A stretch of DNA of 63,690 nt, filler included, from Rhabdomonas costata (taxonomy: Eukaryota), in NCBI GenBank assembly GCA_019059605.1. It is 41 parts of 41 records of this genome, joined end to end, with 100 filler letters (N's around TTAATTAATTAA, not from the genome) between each part and the next. Parts side by side here need not be neighbours in the genome. Positions count along the whole stretch, not along the records: positions 35,810 to 37,264 come from JAHMHO010015521.1; positions 37,365 to 38,819 come from JAHMHO010015522.1; positions 38,920 to 40,374 come from JAHMHO010015523.1; positions 40,475 to 41,928 come from JAHMHO010015524.1; positions 42,029 to 43,483 come from JAHMHO010015525.1; positions 43,584 to 45,038 come from JAHMHO010015526.1; positions 45,139 to 46,592 come from JAHMHO010015527.1; positions 46,693 to 48,147 come from JAHMHO010015528.1; 33 more parts are not named here. One strand, written 5' to 3'. Numbering within the stretch: position 1 is the stretch's first letter; every line of letters starts with the position of its first letter. The notes under the pieces are model-generated. The model saw only the letters and a list, made by a program, of their open reading frames with translations, did not search any database and was not told where the DNA came from. The position numbers and the translations under genes were made by a program. Positions 35,943 to 47,871 of the stretch are shown in pieces.

Positions 35943-37162
35943 ATGGATGACCTTGCGAACAGTGCTCGTGGCCTTTGCTACTTGGTCCTTGCAGTACTCA
36001 CCTCTGTGGCATTCTGCCATACCGCTGAAGTAACGCACGTCAATGTCTGGAACCGCGAGGGTGCCCCGCTGAGCCCTACGATGTTTGGGGCCTTCTTTGA
36101 AGAGATTAACTTTGCTGGAGATGGCGGGCTGTATGCAGAGCTGCTCTCCAACAGGGACTTCGAAGCCTTGGGCCGGGGAATCATCCCGTACTCATCCAAC
36201 GCAAACTACCACTACCCAATCAACCAGCACAAACCCAATTTCACCGTAGTGAAAGGCATCCCGGCACCTGACTGGTGGGACTTTCGGCCGTGGAGGTTGG
36301 ATCCCCGGGGTGAGGCAGCTGCCATTCTGGAGAATGGAACGCATCCTTTCCCTGAAAACCCGATGGCCCTTCACCTCATGGTGCTTTCTGAGTTTCATCC
36401 CTTTGCTAGGCTAATCAACCCGGGGTACTGGGGGATACACGCTGTGCTAGGCAAGTCCTACAAAGTATCCTTTTACGCACGGAACCATGCAAGCGAGGGA
36501 CCCAAGCAAGTTGAGGTTGGAATGGAATCCAGCCGAGGTTTGTCGTCGTGTTAGTGTGAACACCTTTTCGGCGTTTCAGCGTCGTTTTTGCTGCATTCGA
36601 TAAATTTGTCTCGTTCGGTCGAGGTTCTTTCTTTTTCCGCCACTCTATTGCTTTGCTAGGTCGTTAAAAAATTGCCATTTGTCTTTTAACATTGCTCCAA
36701 CAACAGTCAGGTTTCACATTCCAAATAGAATTCCGATCATCACAACTCTTCCGATTATCTGTTATACATCTGTGATCCTGTACTTTGCTCGTTGAATTGG
36801 AATATTCTCAGGTAGTGTGATCTTCCTTACGCTTGGATTCTCTTCAGGATGTAATTTCAAGGTTACATCATCGTCCTGGGAGCACTACACTTGCACATAC
36901 ATCCACACCGGGGACACCACCGCCCAAGGGGTGTTCTATGTGCAAGTCCGGTCCGCGGGCTCTGTGTGGTTTGATGGGTTCAGTGTCATCCCTGGAGATG
37001 CCGAGGCGGGGCTCTTCCGACGAGACCTTTTTGACGCCCTGAAGGCCCTTAGGCCGGCCTTCCTGCGGTTTCCCGGAGGGAACTATTTGGAGGGGTACAC
37101 CTTGGAAACGCGCTGGGACTGGAAGAGAACGGTGGGTGTTGGCCCAGCAGTCTCCCGGCCAG
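35943..37162 (+). CDS. Alpha-L-arabinofuranosidase, glycoside hydrolase family 51, secreted; first two exons
   Basis: Signal peptide, then FFEEINFAGDGGLYAELLSNRDFE and NPGYWGI in exon 35943-36537. Exon ~36812/36848-37162 has RRDLFDALKALRPAFLRFPGGNYLEG...RWDWKRTVG. Confidence 0.93.
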
Positions 37163-37892
37163 GTGTTCTAGAGGACGGTTATGGCGCTTCTGCTTTTTTT
37201 CTTTACTGCTGCATTGTTGGCACTACGTCCCATCTGCCACATTAGAGGATCCACCAACCCCACCNNNNNNNNNNNNNNNNNNNNNNNNNNNNNNNNNNNN
37301 NNNNNNNNTTAATTAATTAANNNNNNNNNNNNNNNNNNNNNNNNNNNNNNNNNNNNNNNNNNNNGGTTTTTGGTGAAAAATGCCCTAAAATGGGGCAAAC
37401 CCAAGCAAAATGGGTCAGAAATGGGCCAAAAACAGGCGAAAAACGAGCCTAAAATGTGGCCCAGGCGCCATTGTCGGCGGAATCGGATTATTTTCAAAGC
37501 GCTTCATGGTAACTAATCATTATCGGGAGGGAACAGGACCTGAGAAGCGTTTGCACGCGAGAAGGTGAATTATTTGTCCATTTTTTCCATAGTGATGGCC
37601 CCTTTTTAAATTGAGTTTTGTCACTTTTTCCCAACTCTTATGTCACATATTGTGCCACAGCGTGTCGTGACAACTGACTTTACCAGTTATCAGTTTTCTC
37701 TTTCCGAAATGTGAGTTTTAAAACAGAGCTGAACTTCAGCCCATTTCAGAACAAGTGACGCAGTGAGAAACACGTTGTACGTGCGTGGGACCCAGAACTT
37801 GGCGGAATTTCGATGTTTTTGTTCCTCACAATCTTGATTGGTTATTGGTGCTCCCACTCACCGCTGACCTTCGACGTTATGTGTGCTTGCAG

Positions 37893-38819
37893 GAGGATTC
37901 TTTCGGCTCGCCAGGACCCCTCCACCACTGCACCCTCTTCCGAACGCGGTCGGGCTGATGGCACACCCAAGGCCCTGAACGGGGCGCAGCCTGAACTCTC
38001 CAGGAACACCTCTCTGCTGTCTCCATTGGAGGGTGGCCGAGTGTCCCCACGGAGGATTGACATGTCCTCGGTTCCGCCATCGGGGAATGCTACTCCCACG
38101 GCCAAGCAAACTGCACACAGCCCCGTTCCCGGTTCAGAGCAGAGTGCCCCCTCCCCTGCTGGGCGTCGCTTCCCAATTCCGCCGCCCTGCCATGGCCACG
38201 CGGTGATTCCGGTGGCACCCGGTCAAGACCCTGGCTCCGATACCCCCCGATACCATTCGCAGCCTTCTTCGGAGGCGGCAGGCTCACCGGACAGCCATGG
38301 ACTGACCCCAGTCTCAGGGGTCGGGAGCGATAGCCCCGGGGCCTACCCCTCCCGGTACAGCCCCAGGCCCAGGCCCGTGCCCGAGAAAGGCGCTCCTCTT
38401 TCCGCTGCTCTTCCCTTCCGACCTCCGGGGTTCGGTCCCGAACGGCTCTCCTCTTCGCCAGAAATGGATTTGGGCCTTTCCCTATTCGGGTCGACAACCT
38501 CTGCAGCTGACGGGGCCGACGTAGCCCCAGCCAAGCACGGTCTTGTCCCCGATGCAAGCACTGCCCCTCTCAGCGCTCGGCATCTTTCACTTCCGTTTCC
38601 CTTGTTGGGTCACGCTCTGGCCCCCGCCGTCTCCGACCGAGACTCCGCCGCATCCCCTCCTCACTTCTTTGCACCACCTCTGCTTGAGATCATCCCGCCT
38701 GAGGAAGATGTGCAGAAGCCTGGACAGATCACAGGCCTGGATAGCGCTGCCCTTCCCCTAGCAAATGTTACCAACCTGCCACCCGGCCCTCCTTCTGCCA
38801 CCGGGACCTCCCCACAAAC
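37893..38819 (+). CDS. Long exon encoding a Pro/Ser-rich, probably disordered region
   Basis: More than 300 open codons follow acceptor gcttgcAG; no recognisable domain. Confidence 0.65.
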
Positions 38820-40069
38820 NNNNNNNNNNNNNNNNNNNNNNNNNNNNNNNNNNNNNNNNNNNNTTAATTAATTAANNNNNNNNNNNNNNNNNNNNNNNNN
38901 NNNNNNNNNNNNNNNNNNNTGTGGTGGGTGTGGTTGGGGTGTTTTGGAACGTTTTTACCTCTCCGTTTTGAGGTGAAACGGGCAATATATCTGTCTCAAA
39001 GGATGTCGGCCTGTTGACGTTGTCCTTTTCGTAAACTTTCTTTGTGAGTTGGCAACTTCCTTCTCGTAGCAACCTAAAAGTGGTGTATCTGGCTAAATAC
39101 ATCTGACCGTTTCCTGAGCCGTGATGTCCTCCTCACCCTCCCTTTTGACAAAAGGTGGGAAGGACGCATGTGGCACTGAAGGAGGCTAGCCGCTAAATTT
39201 AAGGTGATATCGCAGGCCGTACGGTGACCTGAGAGCCTCATCACGGGAACATTACAGGATGCTGCGAAGGACCGTTGGAAATGTCACATTCTATTCTCTT
39301 AATCGGAGTGTCGGAGTGTCAGAAAGCCTGTTATCGGTTTGCGTAAAAGTTAGAGCTCTTCATGAAAAACCTCTCAAGAGCCATGGTTAATCGTTTCACT
39401 TCTTTTTGGATTGGATGCCAAAAAGTCATATCTGATGAAGAGAGAACGACAACTCCAAAGATCCAACGTGTGAGAAACGCGGGAGCAAAGAAAGAGACAC
39501 CTGAGTGCGAGAAAATTCAGGTACTGCCGTTGTGCGCACAGTCAATCTGGACGAAGATACGTGAACTTGAGAGCACGAGGGAAGCAAGGGAAGCAAGCCA
39601 TGGAGAGAGATGAGCGAGGCTGTGTGCGCGCGTCAGAAAGTGCCGATCATACAGCGGCTGGGGGAATTCAGCGGGGCATGACCCAGCTCGTTGTCATAGA
39701 ACAGCAGCGCAGAGGCGTCGCCCGAAGTCGCCGCGAGCACCGAAGGGAGCAGGAAGCGATGCAGCGACTGAAGTGTCTGCAAAAGCCCGTACCGCCACAA
39801 ACAAATTATCATCGACCTACACCTGCAAAACGGATGCTGTGACCGCACACTATAGCTGGTCGAGAGCCAGCAGAAGAATACCGGAATGGCCACTAACCGC
39901 TGGACAATACATCACAGAACGCTGCTTTTGATTGGAGATACTTTCTGAAGTGTTCATCTGCACATCGACCTTTTGGGCACATTTGACAAAAGTCATTTCA
40001 CAGGAATCGCCTCGAGAGCTGCATAGACTTAACATAACCGTCAATCACATGTGCAGACCAAATCGTGAC

Positions 40070-40359
40070 TCTTGAAGAACTTCCCCTCCACAGCCTCCTT
40101 CAACATCTTCGCGAAGAGACCCACGGCAGGACCAGAGGCCGGAGAGCTGTCCGCGGGCGTAGCCGCGGCGGCGTCCCGCAGGCCTCCGCACAGTAGGACG
40201 TGGACATGAGGGCGCTGCTTCAGGGCGGCACGGAGGGTCTTCAGAAGGCTGGCCGGGGTGCAGCCCTCGACGAGCTTCAGGTCCAGCACGAGATACAGCG
40301 GAACCTCCAGCTGGAACAACCACGATGCCAGCACAGGCAGGCTCAGCCACTGCAGCGCT
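40070..40359 (-). CDS. Exon of an unknown protein (weak STAS-like beta/alpha pattern)
   Basis: GC3-rich open frame LQWLSLPVLASWLFQLEVPLYLVLDLKLVEGCTPASLLKTLRAALKQRPHVHVLLCGG between AG and GT; a further probable exon lies at ~39683-39776. Confidence 0.6.
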
Positions 40360-41491
40360 GTGGGAACAACCAACNNNNNNNNNNNNNNNNNNNNNNNNNN
40401 NNNNNNNNNNNNNNNNNNTTAATTAATTAANNNNNNNNNNNNNNNNNNNNNNNNNNNNNNNNNNNNNNNNNNNNGGGTGGGGTGAAGCGGTTCGTGCTTT
40501 CTCCATTGACACAATGCACACCACGAACCGCTTCCTCCCTCCCCCAGTAATGTGCCCTGGTGGTAACCCCGGCAACCACTGCCCTTCGGCTGTGCTTTGC
40601 ACATTCGTAATTGCGGCTATTTCTTCGTTGTCCGTTCTCCTGGGGTAAAATGCCGATATTGTTTTCTCTCTCTCTCTCTCTCTCGAAAAGACAAGATTCT
40701 CACCGTTTGCATCTCACCGATTGATCATATGAACATGGGCGTGGAGGCATGCTGGTCTTGCAGAACATAGAATAAAGAAATGTGCTTATTCCAGGTAGCG
40801 AGGCGTCGGGCACGAAGGTTGGAAACAACTGCTTTTTTCCTGGATTGTTCTACACTCTTTCTATATATATGGGCCCATAAGGCGAAACGCTTCCGTTTGA
40901 CAACATTTCTAAAATTCTCACTTTGAGGTGGGGCGGGCAATATATTTCCCCACTGATTTGTAGAGGTTTTTTTTACTCTCCCGGTAAATCCACTTTGATT
41001 ATCAAACACTGCGAAACGTTAAACGCCCCCGAATTGAAATGAAATATTCCCAGATGGATTCTCCAGTAATCCTGATTGGCGCAGGGTACATGTAAAATAT
41101 CCCATTTGCAGAGTGCTGAGGTTCAACTGAAAATTAAAGTCTGAACATACTGGACGAAATGAGAGCGGGCCCAAAGGCCATGTTCGGTTGCCCCCACTAC
41201 CACCGCACTTTCACATGGTATGGCCCGATTTTTCGGACTTGTGGTTCGGTTGTTAATAGTTTGACCGTCATTCCACGTCACATGAGAGTTTTTATCCGAA
41301 CGCTATTCTTATCCAAGGTTTTTGTTGTACGTGCGTCAGCAGATGATAGCGGTGCTTATAAGGTGTGTTTGCGTAAATCTTATTGTTTCTGATCTTCGCC
41401 TTCGCTGGGTTGTCCCGGGTGCTCGTCCCATCCCAGTCACTATTTCTTTTTCTTCTCGTTCCTGCCTTTGGCCATCCAGCTGATTTAGTCT

Positions 41492-41692
41492 ATGTCTGCG
41501 GAAGCGCTCGCTCGAGTCCTTGCGGACTTTCTGCAACAGCAGCAGCAGCAGCATCTCGACGGGGTGTATCCCACCCAAAACTACGACCCTGCCATGGGGT
41601 ACACGTTCGCTGACTTTGTGGGTTCGATTGACTGCGACCATACTGACACCATCGCGGTGTGCAACCATCGCGCTGTCTGGCAACGAGAACTG
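41492..41692 (+). CDS. Probable first exon of an unknown protein with a short polyQ
   Basis: ATG lies just after a pyrimidine tract and AG; the exon ends at a strong donor CTG|GTAAGT. Confidence 0.55.
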
Positions 41693-42385
41693 GTAAGTTA
41701 AGATCGGTTCTGATGAGCCGTTGCAGCACATCGACCGTGAATGGATGCCGAGGAAGGTGGAAGGTGGGAAGAGGTGCGGCTGAGGAGACCCAGCGCAAAA
41801 AGGGGGAGAAAAAAGTGGGCAGCGGGTAAAGCCTGGACATCAATCTTTCATTAGGAGACAAAGTCAAAAGCCAACACTGAGGGATCAGGTTCGGTGCAAC
41901 CGGCATGGGGCTCGCCCCCCAACCCCACNNNNNNNNNNNNNNNNNNNNNNNNNNNNNNNNNNNNNNNNNNNNTTAATTAATTAANNNNNNNNNNNNNNNN
42001 NNNNNNNNNNNNNNNNNNNNNNNNNNNNTGTTTGTGGGCGGGCCGTGGGTCTGCTGTTTCTTGTGTTTAGTGCCCGCTCATCATTCCGGGGTGGTCCTCT
42101 CAATCTTGCGGCAGACGCACCGGTGCATCCCTGTGATTCCGCTGCGATATATCCTTGTGTTATCCACTTTCTCGTCACTTGACGGAGCGCGGGAGAGAGG
42201 GGGAGGTGACAGGGAGCAGGAGAACGAGAAGGATCCATGGAGAAGGCACTCCGGTGTGGTGGCAGCTCTTGTGGCAGCTTCTTTGTTCTGCTTTTTGCCC
42301 CTTCTTCCATTTGCAGTACAGCACACTTTTCACGGCATGCTTGTATCTGTGTGAACCAGCGCATTCAAATGCGGGGATACTGCAG

Positions 42386-43108
42386 GGGCAGTCAGCAAAG
42401 GAAGGAAGCGGTACCCCACGTGAGCAGCAGCAGCAGCAGCAGCAGCAAGCGAAGCGCCGCAGACTCGAGGGGGACGAAGGGGAGGAGCTCCCCAACGGCT
42501 GCCCATCCGGCGCTGCGGAGGTCTCCCCCACTTTTTTTATTGCATTGATATTGTTTGGAGACAACGTAACTGGACCGAACCATGTCGCTTCTTCTTGACC
42601 TCATTGTGGCGTGGTGATTTATTTGGCATTCTGTTCACCGGCGCTTCAGTGGCCATCTGCAACACAAGCGGGTTTCATCGTAAAGTAAGAGCTTATGGTG
42701 ACAGGGAAAATAGTCCAGAAAAAGCGAGCGCGTGAAGTCACCATGAGAAAACTCCATATCGGAATTCGCTGCGAACTAATTGGGTGTGTGCTTTAGCAAA
42801 ATGTTGTGTCGTTCTGACGAATCTTGAGATGCGACGGAATGAATCTTGAAAATCTTTAAATAAATATTTCCACCGGAAAGGAATTGTTTTGCATTGAAGT
42901 GCGGGACGGCCGCATATACTCTACCCATCACACATTCACGGGTACCCTCCCATTTTTCACTTCGTGTTCTCTGGTTTTGAAGCAACCCCTCCCCCCTCCC
43001 GCTTTGCCTTTGGACTTGAAACAGAGCTCGCAGCCTGCTTCGGATACCATGCTGGTGGATGCACCCTTGACCAGTTGCTGCCCGGTCGACGCTTCAGATG
43101 AGCCCAAG
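42386..43108 (+). CDS. Two exons of a low-complexity protein with polyQ and an NLS-like KRRR
   Basis: Exons 42386-42520 and 43025-43108 are both phase 0 and GT-AG; a (CAG)n run encodes the polyQ. Confidence 0.5.
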
Positions 43109-43583
43109 GTGGGAAGCTCCTCCCTTGTGTTTGTGTTATGAAGGGAACCAGGGCTGATTCTGATTTTGGTTCTTTTTCTGAACCCGCGCACGCTGTTGAT
43201 GCACATGCAGTGTAGCGTAGGGCACGGGCACTTCAGCTTTCTCCACGAAAGTTACAATCTGCTTCCCAATCCTCTAGTCTATGATGGCATGATGACTGCG
43301 TCTTAAAAGTGTCCTTTCACTGTAGAAAATGGTCATTGTGCTAGGAAATGGGAGATGAGTACGGTCTCGCTATCAGATCGTCTTCGGATCTAATGATAGC
43401 GCATCATCTTCTTACCGCATAGATGGATTGCATTCGTAATGAGCATTTCCCCCTCAATCACGAAAATTTTGCAAGAGCACCAANNNNNNNNNNNNNNNNN
43501 NNNNNNNNNNNNNNNNNNNNNNNNNNNTTAATTAATTAANNNNNNNNNNNNNNNNNNNNNNNNNNNNNNNNNNNNNNNNNNNN

Positions 43584-44363
43584 GTTTTTGGGGTCCCTCT
43601 TCTGCTCGAGGACCTGGAGCTCTGGGAGAATCTTGCGCAGGCAACTCTCTCGGTCGCCGAGAGCATGAACGCCCAGGACGTGGCGAACTGCGCGAACGGG
43701 TTTTCCAAACTTCCCCTGCTGCGGAAAGAGCAGCCCCTGTGGGATGCCTTGGCTCGCACGGCAGTCTCCGTCGCTCAAGAGCTGACTCCACAGGGGGCCG
43801 CCAACTGCGTCATCGGGTTCAGCAAGGTGGGGTCCAAGCTAGGGGACGAGGGCCTCTGGCACGCCCTGGGCGGCGCAGCAGCAGGGCTGGCTCCGATGAT
43901 GACCCCAGAGAACCTCGCAAGCTGCGTTGGAGGGTTCTCTGAGGTTCAACTTCTTCTGCGCGACCGGAAGCTCTGGGGTGTTCTGAGCAGGGCTGTTTTT
44001 GGATGGGTGAAGCACCTGAGCACGCGGCACATGGTGGGCTGCGTCACCGGGTTTTCCAGAGTTGAGCTTTTGAGCGATGACCGAGTCGTTTGGAGAGCTT
44101 TGGCGAAGGCTACCGTGAACTTGGCGAAGGACATGAAGCCTCATCAACTCGTCAGTTGTGTCACTGGGTTTGGCACGGTGAGCTTTCTGCTCTCTGAGGA
44201 GCAGCCGTGGAAGGCCCTTGCCTCTGCTGTGGTGGTCGTGGCTCCGGAGGTGTCCCCGGAGGGTCTTGCAAGCTGTCAGAGTGTGTTTTCGAAGGTTAGC
44301 CTTCTTGGGAAGGACGCTGCCCTTTGGGAGGCTCTGCGGGGAGCTGCCTGCGGGAAGTCGTAG
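43584..44363 (+). CDS. Helical tandem-repeat protein with exact 39-aa period (OPR/HPR/SKWP-like), 5' truncated, intronless here
   Basis: The frame is open from the contig start to TAG at 44361-44363. It holds one partial unit, five complete 39-aa units and a 37-aa terminal unit, with consensus hxPxxhxxCxxGFSKhxhLxxDxxLWxALAxAxxxhAxx. Confidence 0.88.
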   Translation, partial: VFGVPLLLEDLELWENLAQATLSVAESMNAQDVANCANGFSKLPLLRKEQPLWDALARTAVSVAQELTPQGAANCVIGFSKVGSKLGDEGLWHALGGAAAGLAPMMTPENLASCVGGFSEVQLLLRDRKLWGVLSRAVFGWVKHLSTRHMVGCVTGFSRVELLSDDRVVWRALAKATVNLAKDMKPHQLVSCVTGFGTVSFLLSEEQPWKALASAVVVVAPEVSPEGLASCQSVFSKVSLLGKDAALWEALRGAACGKS

Positions 44364-47300
44364 TGCTTTGCACTTCCCTGCTTGCTTTTCGCTTACTTCT
44401 ATTCGTGGAGGGTGTGCAGTGTGCAGTGTGCTATGTACTTTGATACTGTGGGGTTGGCTGTCCAGGGGTGCGTCGTGCCCTTTGCCCGACAAACACAGTG
44501 GCGGCGTGTGTTTTGCAATGATTGGATTTTTAAAAAAATAGGCCGAGGTTTCCTCCCGTCTCTCTCATCGCAAACGGGGTGCTCTTATTTGGTGGATTTT
44601 GTCCGCGATTTTATTGCTGCAATATTTTGATGTGCTTTTAGTGTTTCAGCTGATGCGTTGAATATGCGAAGCGTTTTATGGCGGGAAACTGTCAAACGGA
44701 GTTTAAAGGGGCGAAGGGAAGATCCCCACTGCTGAAGGTTTAGCGATGTGTCCAAGCCTCCACGTAACTTTGCTTTGTAGGTGAAGTGTCCCGCGCCTGG
44801 TTTCCAAATCTCGGTGCCCAAACTTGTGCTCTTTTCATGGCTCTTCTTGGCTCCGGGAGGCTACAGGGGTGTCCAAGGAACTTCGATTTCGACCTTATTC
44901 TCCCCATCCGATGTTGTGGCGTGTGGCTTAGTGCTTCGTTGCTGGTGCGGGTCGAAGACGCCGCCCCAATACAAAGCGCAAGTGCAGGAGTATTTCGACG
45001 CACACTGCCGAACTCACTCCATTTCGTCCCCACCACACNNNNNNNNNNNNNNNNNNNNNNNNNNNNNNNNNNNNNNNNNNNNTTAATTAATTAANNNNNN
45101 NNNNNNNNNNNNNNNNNNNNNNNNNNNNNNNNNNNNNNGGGGGGGTGTGCGAATTCACAGAAAGTGTCAGCGACATTCCGCCCGTCAACCCGCCCATCCA
45201 CCAAACCCCTGGCCTCACATAGCAATCTGAAAAGTAACCGCCCTTCATTCTCTTGCATCCGATATCGTGATGAGAAGCTCCCCAAGTTGGCGGGAGAGTC
45301 AAATAAATTCAAACCCCTGCCTATCCATAGCAGCCAGCGCGCAAGCCCATTTTCTCGCTCTGCTCTTCATCTTCCCCGTCAACAAAAAAATGATCGCCTT
45401 TTGCATTGCGAGCGGAGGTGCCATTATTGTTGTAGCCACACTGTTTGGGAGGAGAATTACCCCCAGTCCTTGACTGTTTAATTGTGTGGGTGAATGAGTC
45501 ATGCGTGAGTAAGGGACTGAGAGAGAAACAGAGAATGATGCAATGGAACTTGAAAACAACCCCCGGCATGGACGATTCCAGCATTCCAGTGTTCCCTTGG
45601 ACAGAAACTTTCAGCGGAAGGGCACCCAATGCAATCTATCACGGCGTCCAAGCGCAGGAACGGGCCCCTAAGGTTGCGTGGAAAGCTCGGCAGCTTCACC
45701 CACGGCTGAGCAAACTGTGTGCAGTGCCGCGGCTGATGTTTCCTTGCCCAAGAGTGCTGCAACAGACCGCGTGGATGTGACGGACTTTAGAATTTCGATG
45801 TTCGATCCAACAACACATACATCCAGAGCGGGATTACGTACCGAGGGTGTCTCGGGGCACCTCCACTGAAAGAACGAGCCCAGCGGACGGCTTCCGTTGG
45901 AGCACACCGAGACAGGTGTCAGTGCTTGCGCGGGCAGCACCTCAAAACCACGAAAATGAAATGCCAAAAGGAATCCACACACAGTCAGAAGACAAGTAAT
46001 AAACTGCGCACTTCGGTGTATCATGTGGCGCAGTGCTCACATACATAAGCATGGAAAAAAGCGCTCAGCAATGTTCACTGTACAAAGGGTATGACATTGG
46101 GGGAAAAAATGAAGGAAGGAGATGAATGAAAAAAATGGCAAGTTAGGAGGATGGATGTGTGGGTGTGCAGGGACCCGCACAGTGTGTTTCCGGGTGGGGG
46201 TGGGGTCAACTTCCAAACGAGGGTTTGAACGAATTGGACATTAAGGGTCTCGTGCTCACAAAACACAAATTGGGTCCAACTGGCACAATGCGAAGCATAC
46301 TGTGTCCTGAGTAATGGTGGTGGTGACCATGCTGCTAGGTACAGTCATGACCACTGTGTTATTCTCGGCCACGGTGAACCCGGCATGTGCAGAAGAGCAC
46401 TGCCGGATGTAAGGGTGCCCCCGCGGACAAACCGTAACCTGTACACGTGCGTCCGGCGGCGTGCGCCGGGGATACATATTTGTTGAAAAATGAGTGGAAT
46501 CAATGGAAGGAAAATCCTCGCGGCTAGGAAGTCACATCATCCCGCAGGACGGGATGATGTGCCGGATTGAATGTCGAATAACCCCACAAACCNNNNNNNN
46601 NNNNNNNNNNNNNNNNNNNNNNNNNNNNNNNNNNNNTTAATTAATTAANNNNNNNNNNNNNNNNNNNNNNNNNNNNNNNNNNNNNNNNNNNNGGGAGTTT
46701 TTTTTTTAAGGATGATAACTCACCAACCTCTTCACCTCATCGATACATAGATAAGATCATGGCAGAAAATTGGAACCCTCGCTATGCAGTTTTATTGCAA
46801 TTTTCTTTTAATCTGTAAGAAAAAAAGCGCTGGCGCTGCGAGGGAAATACAAGTGTTTGTTGAAGATCGCAGGGCCATTCTTAGTAGTCAGCAGCAAACC
46901 ATCGACATGGCAGGTGCTCAGAATTTCTTTTTGTACATACCGAGTTTTGTGGTGATTCGTTCACAGCCCATCCTCTCCATCCATTTGTTCCTGGGCAAAA
47001 ATGTCTGCGAAATGCGAAATTACACAAACGACCGAAGGAAAACGAGTGACACAGTCCAGAGAAACATGGCGCAGTCGGTGAAGGAGAACGCCATTCTAGG
47101 AGGACCGGCAAGGGAGAAGGGGGAGGGGGGGCCAAACAATGTCATGGTGCCCGAAGTAAAGCTGGGAAGCCTCGCCGGACGACAATGGAAGGGCAGGGCG
47201 CGGAGTTGACGAGCGAACAGAAGACAACAACAGAAGACAATAGCACAGGAATAGGTACAGGAATAAGCGCAGCACAGAGTCGCTGCAAGGTGCGTGAAAG

Positions 47301-47768
47301 AGCCACCAAGAAGGCATGCTCACGGTGGGCCAGTGGTAGAAAACCCTGAAAACGTCGCAGTTATGGTTATCGGGATACCGAGAGCTCGATTGAACCGCGA
47401 GGCGGAAGCCGCCGTGATGGGATAAAAACAACCCAGACCTGAGCATCGTAGTAAAAAGGAACTGAAACCCCAAGTAAGATGGAGCTGGCCCATTATGGAG
47501 GGCTCATTATGTTCGGATCGCAGGGGGACTCTCTTTCATGGCAGGGGTGCTCGTGTCACTGGATTCCAATGAACGATTGCAGGGGGTTACATAGCGATGC
47601 TCATGTGCCTGAGATACCCTGAGATGTCCCTGGGTGCATTCTGCTTGCCATGCAAACGCCTCTACGATGACCTCAGCGGTGTTTTGCGCAACAGAAAAAA
47701 GGTCCCAAGGACCTCCAGCTTTCTCCGGTTCAAAGGATCGGCTTGGGTGCATCCACACCGGAAGGCCT

Positions 47769-47871
47769 TCAGTGGCCGTGGTGGTGGTGGCCATGTTTGC
47801 CGTGGTGGTGATGGTCGTCGTGGTGGTGATGGCCACCGCCGCCACCGCCGCCGAAGTGTGGGCCAGGGCCC
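47769..47871 (-). CDS. Terminal exon encoding a Gly/His-rich tail
   Basis: A (CT)n tract and ttcaaAG are followed by GPGPHFGGGGGGGHHHHDDHHHHGKHGHHHHGH-TGA. Confidence 0.6.
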
